Assembly: GCA_039795875.1 (NCBI GenBank)
Contig: JBDKKY010000002.1
Coordinates: forward strand, 1-54,341
DNA length: 54,341 nucleotides
Direction of reading: 5' to 3'
Source: Candidatus Parcubacteria bacterium
GTDB lineage: Bacteria; Patescibacteriota; Minisyncoccia; Phycocordibacterales; CAIZLB01
Below are positions 16,500-26,434 of this stretch, in pieces (position 1 is the stretch's first letter; every line of letters starts with the position of its first letter). The position numbers were made by a program, and so were the translations under genes. The notes beneath the pieces are model-generated. The model worked only from the letters and a program-made list of their open reading frames with translations, was not told the origin of the DNA and ran no database searches.

Positions 16500-17645
16500 T
16501 TGTGTTTGAATATAGGGGTGACTAAACCAACCCCTAAAGATATTCATATTTTTATTTCAAATCTGATTGAGAAAGCTATCGCGTTAGATGCATCAGATAT
16601 CCATATCGATCCTCGGGAGAATGCTGTGTATATACGTTTGCGCATTGCAGGCAATTTGCACGAAGCGGGCAGTCTTGAAAATGAATTGCTCGAGCTGTGT
16701 ATCGGCAAGATAAAAGTATTGGCTAGTTTGCGGGGCGACGTTCATGACAGGACGCAGGACGGACGATTTTATTATGTCTCGGATGTCACGGGAGAACGTA
16801 TCGATATACGGGTATCCATTGCCCCGACATTTTTTGGTGAAAACTGTGTGATGCGTTTATTACGTCCACAACTGATGAGATACACCAGCTTCTTTGAACT
16901 GGGTATGACAGAGACTCAGATTAGTCACCTTAAACAGGCATTGCATCGTGGTTCTGGGTTGATTGTTGTTGCTGGTCCGACTGGTTCAGGTAAGACAAGT
17001 ACACTATATGCAACTCTACGTTATCTTACTCATGGTATAGAAGGGACCGGCCTCAGCACTTTGCGTGACGAGTTGCGCACCGAAAGGAATATAGTGACTA
17101 TCGAGGACCCTGTCGAATCTGCTTTGGTTGGAGTGAGGCAGATACAGGTTCAGTCTGAAAAAGGTTTTGGGTTTAAAGAAGCACTGCGTGGAATACTGCG
17201 ACAAGATCCTGATGTGATTATGATTGGTGAGATACGCGACAAAGAAACAGCCTTGGCAGCTATACAAACGGCTTTGACTGGGCACTTGGTACTCACCACT
17301 ATTCATGCACCAAATGCTGCCTCTATTATTCCACGCTTGATCGAGATGGGTATAGAACCTTATATGTTATCGTCCTCCATATCGTTGATATTAAGCCAAA
17401 GATTGGTTCGTGTTTTTGATTACAATATTGGTCTCTATGGAGATCGTAAGGGTGTCTTTGAAATAGTCCCTGTTGATACAGAGCTTCGCAATATGATTCA
17501 TGAAAAGAAGACACCGTACGAGATCGAACGATATATGGCTGAGTCAGGACATTTGTTATTACGTGACGCTTGTGAACATTTGTATACGAGGCATGTTACG
17601 ACACAAGAAGAGATTAACAGAATTAGCTTAGACATATATTCATGA
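16500..17645 (+). CDS. pilB: type IV pilus / T2SS assembly ATPase (PilB/GspE family, short N-terminus)
   Basis: Walker A is GPTGSGKTST, the Asp box/Walker B is IMIGEIRD, and the His box is LTGHLVLTTIHA. A TTG start is listed. Confidence 0.85.
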   Translation: MCLNIGVTKPTPKDIHIFISNLIEKAIALDASDIHIDPRENAVYIRLRIAGNLHEAGSLENELLELCIGKIKVLASLRGDVHDRTQDGRFYYVSDVTGERIDIRVSIAPTFFGENCVMRLLRPQLMRYTSFFELGMTETQISHLKQALHRGSGLIVVAGPTGSGKTSTLYATLRYLTHGIEGTGLSTLRDELRTERNIVTIEDPVESALVGVRQIQVQSEKGFGFKEALRGILRQDPDVIMIGEIRDKETALAAIQTALTGHLVLTTIHAPNAASIIPRLIEMGIEPYMLSSSISLILSQRLVRVFDYNIGLYGDRKGVFEIVPVDTELRNMIHEKKTPYEIERYMAESGHLLLRDACEHLYTRHVTTQEEINRISLDIYS

Positions 17646-18691
17646 TCAAACTTAAAAAATACCAATATCGTTCATTATGGTACAAGAAATTGTATTACTA
17701 TATGCAAGCCGGACAATCTCTCCCTGATGCCATACAGGTATCCGGAGATGAGCCCGAGATCAAGTTGTTACAAACAGAATTGCAAACAGGGAAGAAGTTG
17801 TCTCTCATATGTAAAGACGATCTAAGAGATATTTTCTCGTTCGTGGAGATTGCACTTATGTCAGTTGCAGAGAAGACGGGAAAGATAAAAGATATTTTCT
17901 TATCTCTTAGTGTATTACTCAAAGCTCAGCATGTACAAAAGCAAAAATTAATCTCTGCTGCTATATATCCAGCCATCGTACTTTGTTTGGCTGGTGGATT
18001 ACTTTTGATGATCTTAACCATTATTGTTCCTAAGATTGGTCCATTGTTTTCTGATATGCCGTCTTTGCCTATATCAACTAGAATTCTCTTGTCCGCCAGT
18101 GATCATGTTAGAAATTGGTGGTGGATAGATATGACTATTACGATCCTGATGGTCACTGCACACTACAGTTTTCGAGGGCAAGGGACATATAGAAAGTTTT
18201 TGGAGATAGTGCGCCGTAATTTTCTATTTCGCACGCCGTATGTAAAAAATATATACATGTTATGGCATATAGAAAAATGGATGCAAGTCATATGTGTTTG
18301 TCTGCAGACACGTATTTCTTTTCCTGAATCTCTGGGTATGGCTGGCGAGTCATTGAACAATGCATTCATGCAACGAGAATTTACCATTGTCGAACACCAG
18401 GTTCGTGAGGGTAATACCTGTGCAGACTCGCTACGGGTCATGGACCATCGGATCTATAAGATATTACAAGGTTGGGAATCGGTGATCAGGTCGGGAGAGC
18501 GCACAGGTGCACTACTCGAAGTGTTTTTGGTTTGTCATGAACACACACAATCCCAACTGGAAGAATCTCTTGATAAAGCACAAAAGACGATAGAGCCGGC
18601 GCTGATCGTTGCTGTAGGACTTATGGTGTTGTCTATTTGCCTGTCAATTATTTTACCAATGTATCAATTAACTCAATCACTTAATGCATGA
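17642..18691 (+). CDS. pilC: type IV pilus / T2SS platform protein (PilC/GspF family)
   Basis: 349 aa with two T2SS-F-like repeats and three TM spans. It has ATGA overlaps with both neighbouring genes. Confidence 0.8.
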   Translation: MIKLKKYQYRSLWYKKLYYYMQAGQSLPDAIQVSGDEPEIKLLQTELQTGKKLSLICKDDLRDIFSFVEIALMSVAEKTGKIKDIFLSLSVLLKAQHVQKQKLISAAIYPAIVLCLAGGLLLMILTIIVPKIGPLFSDMPSLPISTRILLSASDHVRNWWWIDMTITILMVTAHYSFRGQGTYRKFLEIVRRNFLFRTPYVKNIYMLWHIEKWMQVICVCLQTRISFPESLGMAGESLNNAFMQREFTIVEHQVREGNTCADSLRVMDHRIYKILQGWESVIRSGERTGALLEVFLVCHEHTQSQLEESLDKAQKTIEPALIVAVGLMVLSICLSIILPMYQLTQSLNA

Positions 18692-19869
18692 TAAGACACA
18701 TATATAAGAGAGGCTTTAGTTTAATCGAGATTATCCTGGGCTTGGCCGTATTCTTGATATTAATGGTATCAATCTTTCAATATTCTGGATCGTTGTTGCG
18801 GGGCTTTCGGCCGGCAGCCGTGGTTTCGTTCGATTCGACATTTCCCAATGGCCTAGACCTGTATCGGTATGGAGAACCTGTTTGTGACATAGATCAAGAC
18901 GTGACTATTGAGAGACAGATTGATTTGTCGAGCCTGATCTCGACCAGTACACCGATAACCAGTATGCATTACTTTGGTAATGATATATTCGTATTCACTA
19001 CTGATTCAGCCTCGACCAGTCAACCCGATGTATTCATCATGCGTCAAAACGTAAACGTGTGGGAGTTAGTGATCTCAAAAGACGTTGGCCCTGGCATTCA
19101 AGACAGTGTCTTATCATTTCCATACTTATATGTCGCAAACACCAGTGTCAACAGTCATGTCAAGGTTCTGCAGATTGATAATAACGCAATCATTGAGGTA
19201 CAAAATATAAAAATCGATTCGCTCGCGGCAAGTAATTCTATGCCACGACGACTTTCCGTTTTCGGTGACCATTTGATGCTTGGTGCCGAAAAGAGTAACA
19301 GTGGAGGGGAATTGTTTGCTTTGCCTATCAATCACCAGAATGGGAAATTGTCCCTACCTACACACTCAATCGAACTTGGTGGTCAGGCACATGTCGCGAG
19401 AGTTATCGGTAAAGATCTATTGATCGCCAACTCTGCTGACCCGGAGATGCGAGTTATTGATAATAATTTTCTGGAGAAGGCCGACTATGATGCACCACTA
19501 ACATTGGGAAACGGAAAAAGCGTTTTGAGTTTGTATCCGTACGCTGTCTTGGGTAGAACGCTAGGGTCAGGAGAGCTTACTCTTCTCGATATATCCACAA
19601 CCTCGATCCATTCTATTGACACAAATAGAACAAATGGATCTGTCGATGCTTTACAGTCCCTGGCTGGTGGAGCACCAAACCTGTTTATGGCCCTGACCTC
19701 AAACGCAGACAAAGAAATTCAATTTTGGAATGTAGGGGAGGATCGAACCTTTCATCTTGAAAGCTTTATCAATCTGCCTGCTCGTACAACTTCCTACCTA
19801 TGTTTCGACAAACAAATTTTTGTCGCTGTACTTATAAACGAAAGACCTAATCTGATTATTTTAAAATAA
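18688..19869 (+). CDS. large prepilin-type protein (393 aa)
   Basis: N-terminus YKRG/FSLIEIILGLAVFLILMV is a class III (prepilin) signal with Glu at +5. A long beta-rich domain follows. Confidence 0.65.
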   Translation: MIRHIYKRGFSLIEIILGLAVFLILMVSIFQYSGSLLRGFRPAAVVSFDSTFPNGLDLYRYGEPVCDIDQDVTIERQIDLSSLISTSTPITSMHYFGNDIFVFTTDSASTSQPDVFIMRQNVNVWELVISKDVGPGIQDSVLSFPYLYVANTSVNSHVKVLQIDNNAIIEVQNIKIDSLAASNSMPRRLSVFGDHLMLGAEKSNSGGELFALPINHQNGKLSLPTHSIELGGQAHVARVIGKDLLIANSADPEMRVIDNNFLEKADYDAPLTLGNGKSVLSLYPYAVLGRTLGSGELTLLDISTTSIHSIDTNRTNGSVDALQSLAGGAPNLFMALTSNADKEIQFWNVGEDRTFHLESFINLPARTTSYLCFDKQIFVAVLINERPNLIILK

Positions 19870-19870
19870 T

Positions 19871-20407
19871 ATGTTAGACAAATCACAATACAAACTGCAG
19901 AGGCAGGGTATAACATTGATTGAACTCATACTCTATATGAGTCTGTTTGCGATATTGGTTAGTATTGTGTTTTCGACAGTCTTTTATTTACAAAAGTTAT
20001 TTACCAATAAAAAGATTGAATATATTGTTAGAGCTGAAATATATGAACAATTGAATCTGCTACAACAACACCTGGTTTTAACTCAGAGAGTGGAGGTAGG
20101 GCCTGAGGATATCACTCTATATATGTATGGCTCGACTGACCCGCGAGCTGTAGTGAAGATCCGCCAGTATATAGACGGTGGGCGCTTGGTCATGGAATAT
20201 CTACACAATGACCCTGGTTTAGATAAGAAAATATATGTACACGAATACACCGTCTTGCAGGATTTGTCATTCAGCCTCATAGACATTGTGGGTGGTCTCA
20301 ATACATTTTCTCGCCAGAGTGTCCTGGCTGCACACATAACATGGAAAAATAGCAGACAAAAAACTATACTTATAGATGAAACTCTATACATACCAAATCT
20401 TGAGTGA
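19871..20407 (+). CDS. prepilin-type minor (pseudo)pilin
   Basis: N-terminus QRQG/ITLIELILYMSLFAILV is prepilin-like. Confidence 0.6.
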   Translation: MLDKSQYKLQRQGITLIELILYMSLFAILVSIVFSTVFYLQKLFTNKKIEYIVRAEIYEQLNLLQQHLVLTQRVEVGPEDITLYMYGSTDPRAVVKIRQYIDGGRLVMEYLHNDPGLDKKIYVHEYTVLQDLSFSLIDIVGGLNTFSRQSVLAAHITWKNSRQKTILIDETLYIPNLE

Positions 20408-20428
20408 GTGTGTTAGGATATCGCCGTA

Positions 20429-21541
20429 ATGAAGACTTATTTTCCTAAACTAGATTCCATACGATTCTATGCCTTCCTATTGGTGTTCATTTCTCATATA
20501 TACATTTTTTGTTATCACGTTAGTACAACAACCAGTTTTTGGTTTCTGGATAAAGGACCTAAAATCTTCGCTCATGGAGAGATAGGGGTACACATCTTTT
20601 TTACCCTCAGTGGATTCCTGATTATGTTTTTGGCTATCCGTGAGTTCAAGACGAGTAGTTCTTTCTCAATTCTTAATTTCTTCAGACGAAGAATACTACG
20701 AATCTGGCCAGTATATTTTTTGGCTTTGTCAGTGGGAATGTTGGTTGCCGGGGGTTTGACGACAGACCCTACTTGCATACATCGATTCTGGTATTTTTTA
20801 GGAAATACCTGTATGGCGACAGGTGTAGCTCAGAGTGACCTCGTTGCACTTGTCGGGCCACTGTGGTCTGTGTCGGTTGAAGAACAATTTTATGTCGCCT
20901 TTCCGTTCTTGTTTGCTTTATGTATTTTCTTGTTTAAAAAGTGGGGCAAAAAGGTTGCATGCATCTTCGGAATCTTGGCGATGCTGGTATTACTCATATC
21001 CCTCTATCAAAGATACGTACACAGCGAAGATTGGAATTATATTAGCTACGCGACAGTATCCGTTTTGCCGTCATTATTTTTGGGCATGATGTTAGCTGTT
21101 GGTGTGTCTATAGAGAAATGGAAAGACAGACTTGGATTGTGGGTGAGAGGCAATAGTAGATTCTTGAAGTTAACCGCCTTTGGTTTCTTTCTGTTGTCTT
21201 TGTATATAAAATTTGAACAAGCTCTCGGTGTCTCAATATATATAGTAGTGCTTTTTGTTAGCACTATGAGTATGATCCTGCTCTCATTGTACTTGCCGGT
21301 AGAGGAGAAGGTTACTAAACTGCAGAGTGCGTCACGATATTTGGGTCGTATCTCATATGGTTTGTACGCTTATCATATGTTTGCCATAGTTGGCATAAAA
21401 CACCTGTTTGATTCCTTCGACACGAACAATGGCACGTTACCAGTTTTGTATATGCAGGCGATACTCATCTTTGGGGTCACAATTCTGTTGGCACACCTCT
21501 CATACCGATATGTGGAGAAGCTGTTTCTACGCCTAAAATAA
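20429..21541 (+). CDS. acyltransferase family 3 membrane protein (O-acyltransferase)
   Basis: About 10 TM spans. LDSIRFYAFLLVFISH and HIFFTLSGFLI are typical of acyltransferase-3. Confidence 0.75.
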   Translation: MKTYFPKLDSIRFYAFLLVFISHIYIFCYHVSTTTSFWFLDKGPKIFAHGEIGVHIFFTLSGFLIMFLAIREFKTSSSFSILNFFRRRILRIWPVYFLALSVGMLVAGGLTTDPTCIHRFWYFLGNTCMATGVAQSDLVALVGPLWSVSVEEQFYVAFPFLFALCIFLFKKWGKKVACIFGILAMLVLLISLYQRYVHSEDWNYISYATVSVLPSLFLGMMLAVGVSIEKWKDRLGLWVRGNSRFLKLTAFGFFLLSLYIKFEQALGVSIYIVVLFVSTMSMILLSLYLPVEEKVTKLQSASRYLGRISYGLYAYHMFAIVGIKHLFDSFDTNNGTLPVLYMQAILIFGVTILLAHLSYRYVEKLFLRLK

Positions 21542-21595
21542 CCCTTCTACTATAAGGAATTTTATGTTATAGTACGGTCAACCTAATCTCTCTAT

Positions 21596-22843
21596 ATGGC
21601 AAATGCTTTCGAAATTGTATATGCGATGATCATGTTCTTGGCCATCTATGTCCAGGTGTTTTTTCTGCTGGTATTTTTTGAAAATAAGCAAAAGGTATCT
21701 CGCAGGATTGTTCACGTCGATCTACCGGATCATCAATATCTCTCAGTGTCGTTTTTGTTGCCTGTTTGGAATGAAGGAACGACCACTAGAGATACAATAG
21801 AATCTATCTTTGCTCTAGATTATCCTGAAGAAAAGTTGCATATCATTGCTGTTGATGATGGCAGTACTGATGATTCTTGGCACATCATGCAACAATATAA
21901 AAATAATCCACGCGTGACCTTACTGCAGAAAGAAAATGGAGGCAAACACACTGCTCTTAACTTTGCTCTACCACACGTTAAAACTGATCTAGTAGTCTCT
22001 TTCGATGCTGATACCCAAATCATGCCCGATGCTTTAAAAAAAGCTATACCGCATTTTGTGCACGATGCACAACTGATGGCGCTTGGAGGAACAGTTCTTA
22101 TTGGCAATCCACGAACATATATTCAGAAAGCTCAAGAGATTGAATATCAAACCTTTTCATTTACCAAAAAAATGCTGGGCTTTATCGGTGGAGTGTTGGT
22201 TGTACCGGGAGCCTTTTCGGTATTTCGCCGAGAAGTGTTTGAGAAGATTGGAGGGTACAAAAAAGCCTATAACCTGGAAGATGCAGAGTTGACCATGCGC
22301 ATGCACCAATACGGCATGAAGATTGATCATTGCCACGATGCGATCGTAAAGACGAAAGGACCTGACACATTTAAACGTCTATATAAACAACGACTGCGAT
22401 GGAGTTATGGATTCATTAAAAATATGATCGATTACAAGAAAATTTTCTTGAATCGCAAATATGGAAACTTCGGTTTGTTTACTTTGCCGATGAGTGTTTT
22501 TACCTATGTGTTGCTCGTCTTTGTGTTTATGTATTCTCTTTACAAGGTGAGCTACGGTTTTATTTCATATATACACAAATTGTATTTGATCGGTTTCGGA
22601 AATTTTCAATTTGGCAGTTGGGATCCGTTCTTCCTCGACGCTAAAGCAACAACCATCATGTCATTATTCATCTATGCGGCAATCTTTGCTGGCTTTTTGA
22701 TGGGCCGTCACATGTCACGAGTCACTCACAGTAATTTTCATAATATTCCATACTTTATTATCGTCTATGGATATTTTGCGCCGATCTGGGTCATGAAGTC
22801 TATTTATGACTGGATTTTCTCTCAAAAAGTGACCTGGCGATAA
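21596..22843 (+). CDS. family 2 glycosyltransferase, processive beta-glycan synthase type
   Basis: VDDGSTDDS, FDADT and the QRLRW motif (KQRLRWSYGF), flanked by TM segments. Confidence 0.85.
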   Translation: MANAFEIVYAMIMFLAIYVQVFFLLVFFENKQKVSRRIVHVDLPDHQYLSVSFLLPVWNEGTTTRDTIESIFALDYPEEKLHIIAVDDGSTDDSWHIMQQYKNNPRVTLLQKENGGKHTALNFALPHVKTDLVVSFDADTQIMPDALKKAIPHFVHDAQLMALGGTVLIGNPRTYIQKAQEIEYQTFSFTKKMLGFIGGVLVVPGAFSVFRREVFEKIGGYKKAYNLEDAELTMRMHQYGMKIDHCHDAIVKTKGPDTFKRLYKQRLRWSYGFIKNMIDYKKIFLNRKYGNFGLFTLPMSVFTYVLLVFVFMYSLYKVSYGFISYIHKLYLIGFGNFQFGSWDPFFLDAKATTIMSLFIYAAIFAGFLMGRHMSRVTHSNFHNIPYFIIVYGYFAPIWVMKSIYDWIFSQKVTWR

Positions 22844-22870
22844 TAGTAAAAATAGCGTAGTATACACACC

Positions 22871-23578
22871 ATGAACTGGAAACGATACATATATACATTC
22901 ATTATAACCTTGATTATCTTCACTTTTTCACTGTGGCTCAGCAATCGGTTCAATGATGAAAAAATCAACACTTTGCGGGATATTGGTAGCCAAATCAGCC
23001 TCGATATTTTGTCTGCAGAAACTCGTTTCTCTCTCCTTCAAAAGACTTCTTGTGAACATATTATTGATCAGGCAAGTAGTACTATTGGTTTTAATACAGA
23101 GCTACAAGATTTGGCTGCTCGAATAAAATTTATGGAAAATCAGTTGGGATATCAAAACCCGGATGTGGTCGCGTTGAAGAAAAATTATACGCTGCTCCAA
23201 ATCAAAGATTATCTGTTGAATAAAGAATATCACGATCGATGCAAACAAGATGTCGTGTCCATTCTCTATTTTCACGGTCTTGATTGTAAGGCATGCAGTG
23301 ATCAGTCCATTATTCTAGATAAAATCATCAGTGATTATCCTGAGATTCGTGTCTATTATTTTGATATCAATACTAATACGCCGGCATTGGCGACACTTTC
23401 ATCGGTTTTCAAAGTAACCAGCACTCCAAGTTTGGTAATAAATGATAAAATACATCCAGGCTTTCAAAGTGTTGCCAAGGTGGAGTCATATATTCCTGAG
23501 ATTAAGCAGTGGAAAAAAGACAAGATTAAGGCACCTGTTGCTGCGAGTACGACATCTACAACTTCAAAAAAGAAATAA
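22871..23578 (+). CDS. membrane-anchored thioredoxin-like protein
   Basis: N-terminal TM segment, CxxC (LDCKACSD) in a thioredoxin-like beta-alpha-beta context, and a Thr/Ser/Lys tail. Confidence 0.6.
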   Translation: MNWKRYIYTFIITLIIFTFSLWLSNRFNDEKINTLRDIGSQISLDILSAETRFSLLQKTSCEHIIDQASSTIGFNTELQDLAARIKFMENQLGYQNPDVVALKKNYTLLQIKDYLLNKEYHDRCKQDVVSILYFHGLDCKACSDQSIILDKIISDYPEIRVYYFDINTNTPALATLSSVFKVTSTPSLVINDKIHPGFQSVAKVESYIPEIKQWKKDKIKAPVAASTTSTTSKKK

Positions 23579-23584
23579 TAATTT

Positions 23585-24316
23585 ATGAATACAGACAAAG
23601 TCAAAGGTCATGCTCACCCTATAACGCAAACGATTCGGCAGTTTGTGGATATTTTCTCTGAGATTGGCTTCTCTCTATATAATGGTCCAGAAGTAGATAC
23701 TGAGTGGAAAATCTTTGACGCTCTTCGTATGGTAGGAGACCATCCTGCTCGGGATATGCAAGATACGTTTTGGTTACCCGATACATATAAGAGAGATGGG
23801 CAAAAACTTCTGCCGCGAACGCATACCTCAAACGCTCAGATCAAATGCATGAACGAGAATACTCCGCCTATTAGAATTATCTCTGCCGGCAAAGTATTCC
23901 GTAATGAGGCAATTGACGCAACCCACGAAGCCGAATTTCATCAACTAGAGGGTGTTTGTGTTGATAAAGATATTTCTATGGCTGATCTGAAAAATACACT
24001 GACATATGTGTTTAAGAAATATTTTGGTGACGACATCAAGGTCCGGTTTCGAGCCAGTTATTTCCCATTCGTAAAACCAGGTATTGAAGTGGACATTCTT
24101 TGGAAAGATCGCTGGCTAGAAGTCTGCGGGGCCGGACTTATGCACGAAGAAGTTATCAAAAATGGGCTCAGCACGCACATGAAAGATGAGGAGATAAAAC
24201 AATACAGCGGCTTTGCTTTCGGTATGGGAATCGAGCGAATCGTCATGCTCAAATATGGTATCGACGATATTCGAGATCTGTCGACGGGCGATATCAGATT
24301 TAGTAGATGGTTTTAA
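23585..24316 (+). CDS. pheS: phenylalanyl-tRNA synthetase alpha subunit (short form)
   Basis: HPITQTIRQ, class-II motif 2 (FRNEAIDATHEAEFHQLEG) and motif 3 (GFAFGMGIERI). At 243 aa it has no N-terminal helical arm. Confidence 0.9.
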   Translation: MNTDKVKGHAHPITQTIRQFVDIFSEIGFSLYNGPEVDTEWKIFDALRMVGDHPARDMQDTFWLPDTYKRDGQKLLPRTHTSNAQIKCMNENTPPIRIISAGKVFRNEAIDATHEAEFHQLEGVCVDKDISMADLKNTLTYVFKKYFGDDIKVRFRASYFPFVKPGIEVDILWKDRWLEVCGAGLMHEEVIKNGLSTHMKDEEIKQYSGFAFGMGIERIVMLKYGIDDIRDLSTGDIRFSRWF

Positions 24317-24331
24317 TTTATATACATATAT

Positions 24332-26341
24332 ATGTTGCTCTCACACAATTGGCTCAAAAGTTATTATACAAATCCTGAAACAATGCCAGAACCAAAAAAG
24401 GTGGCAGAACTTTTTACTATGCGAGCGTTTGAGGTGGAGGGAATAGAAGAAAAGGGTGATGATACTATCTATGATATCAAAGTGACTCCAGATCGAGCGC
24501 CATATGCCTACGGTATGCGTTTCGTGGCGCTCGAGCTCAGTTTGTTGGTGCCCGAATTGGTCATGCTGCCGGAAATTCTAAAGTTTTCACAGACGAACAT
24601 TGATCTTTCAAATATTGCCAATGTGGTTGACGCGACCTTGATTGATGAAAACGCACAACACTGGTGCCCAATGTATTCGTTGACAAAGATTGAGAATGTT
24701 CAAAATGGCCCAGCGCCGGAGTGGCTGAAGATCCGCCTAGAAAGTATTGGCCAGCAGAGCCGGGGATTGATTGTCGATCTGACAAACTTCGTGATGTTCG
24801 ATACCGGACAGCCTCTTCACGCCTTTGATGCAGACAAAATAGAAGGCAAGATCCATGTTGGTCGGAGTAGAGAAGGTGAGAAAATAACTATCCTGGGTGG
24901 TAAAGAGATTTTGTTGACAATGGGTACGCTGGTGATTCGTGACGACAAGGACATTTTGGCCATCGCTGGAGTCAAGGGAGGTGTCAAGGCAGAGGTGGGC
25001 GCTGGTACAAAAAACATCTACCTAGAGTCTGCAAATTTTGATCAGGTAATCGTCCGAAAAATGGCGCGGTCGCTCAATCTACTTAATGACTCTTCAAAAC
25101 GATTCGAACAAGGTCTGACCCCTGAGCGATTTCTGAGTGCCCGAAAAACATATTTGTACTTCTTAAGCAAGGAGCAATCTGAAGTGAGTGTTTCTGATGT
25201 TGTCGTCTCGTCTGACATCTCTGTTATCGCTGATGAGAGTAAGTTGCGAATGATTACGGTAGATATTCCCACAACGGCAATTTCTATAAATAAAGAAGAC
25301 TCGCGAGTGCCGGGTTTGCTCAAAGAATTTTTAGAAAATATTTTACCTAAGACTGGCGCCAAGGTGGAAAAGGCTGATGAGAATACATACAAAGTGACAC
25401 AACCTCATTATCGAGCAGATCTTGTTTCGCAGGCTGATGTAGTGGATGAGTTCTTGAGAAATAAAGGATACGATTTCTTAACCTATACTGAACCAGTAAA
25501 AAACAAGGTTGAAGGTTTGGCTGATCCGATGGATAAGCTTTCGGCGATGATCAGAAATTATTTTATTGGTATTGGATATGATGAGGTTAAACTGCACACC
25601 TTGGTGGATAGTAAAGAGAATCCAACAGCCACCAAATTGGCCAATGCCTTAACTTCAGAGCGGGATAGTTTACGGGCTGATTTGTCAACAAATATGTCAA
25701 TAGCCTTAGAGCAAAACTTGAGGCATCTTGATCTTGTGGGAAAGAAAGTGGTGCAATTGTTCGAGATCGCTAAAGTGTTCACAGATAAGAAGGATGATGT
25801 AGAAGAGAAAACGCACCTGGCTTTCGGTATAGCAGTTGTAAAATGGCCAAAAGGTGAAAGTGCAGAAAGTGAGATCAAGGGCTATGTAACCGAAATGGCC
25901 ACAGAATTGGGATTACCTGAAAGCGTTTTCAAGGTTACGGCAAAAAATAATATTGGAGTTGTAGAGGTAGACATGGAAGAAGTAATTAAAATAATTGATA
26001 CGGAAAAACTTGATGAAGCGATCAAATCTATTTGCTGTGCCGCCCCAATAAATGCCCAATACAAGAAAGCCTCAATCTACCCAGCCATGAGTCGAGATAT
26101 TGCCTTTTTCGGTTCTCAGAATCAAGAAGAGGTGTCTGTATTTATAAAAGGCCAAGTAGAGAGATGTCCTCTGATAGAAAATTACTTCTGTTTCGATATT
26201 TTCTCAAAAGATGACAAGACCTCATATGCTTATCGATTTGTTTTCCAATCATATGAAAAAACTCTAACCGAGGAAGAGGTTTCTGTGTATATGAATGAGA
26301 TTGCTGAAGCAGTAAAAGGGCAGGGATGGATAGTACGTTGA
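24332..26341 (+). CDS. pheT: phenylalanyl-tRNA synthetase beta subunit
   Basis: MLLSHNWLKSY start, B3/B4 region, B5 region, and a C-terminal ferredoxin-fold anticodon-binding domain. It lies directly downstream of pheS. Confidence 0.9.
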   Translation: MLLSHNWLKSYYTNPETMPEPKKVAELFTMRAFEVEGIEEKGDDTIYDIKVTPDRAPYAYGMRFVALELSLLVPELVMLPEILKFSQTNIDLSNIANVVDATLIDENAQHWCPMYSLTKIENVQNGPAPEWLKIRLESIGQQSRGLIVDLTNFVMFDTGQPLHAFDADKIEGKIHVGRSREGEKITILGGKEILLTMGTLVIRDDKDILAIAGVKGGVKAEVGAGTKNIYLESANFDQVIVRKMARSLNLLNDSSKRFEQGLTPERFLSARKTYLYFLSKEQSEVSVSDVVVSSDISVIADESKLRMITVDIPTTAISINKEDSRVPGLLKEFLENILPKTGAKVEKADENTYKVTQPHYRADLVSQADVVDEFLRNKGYDFLTYTEPVKNKVEGLADPMDKLSAMIRNYFIGIGYDEVKLHTLVDSKENPTATKLANALTSERDSLRADLSTNMSIALEQNLRHLDLVGKKVVQLFEIAKVFTDKKDDVEEKTHLAFGIAVVKWPKGESAESEIKGYVTEMATELGLPESVFKVTAKNNIGVVEVDMEEVIKIIDTEKLDEAIKSICCAAPINAQYKKASIYPAMSRDIAFFGSQNQEEVSVFIKGQVERCPLIENYFCFDIFSKDDKTSYAYRFVFQSYEKTLTEEEVSVYMNEIAEAVKGQGWIVR

Positions 26342-26434
26342 CCTTAACTATTCTGTGAGAACAACAGTTTCACCACACGTTCTTTGTCGTGAAAAAATGC
26401 ACGTTGGTTTCTAGAGTGATATAATCTTTATATT

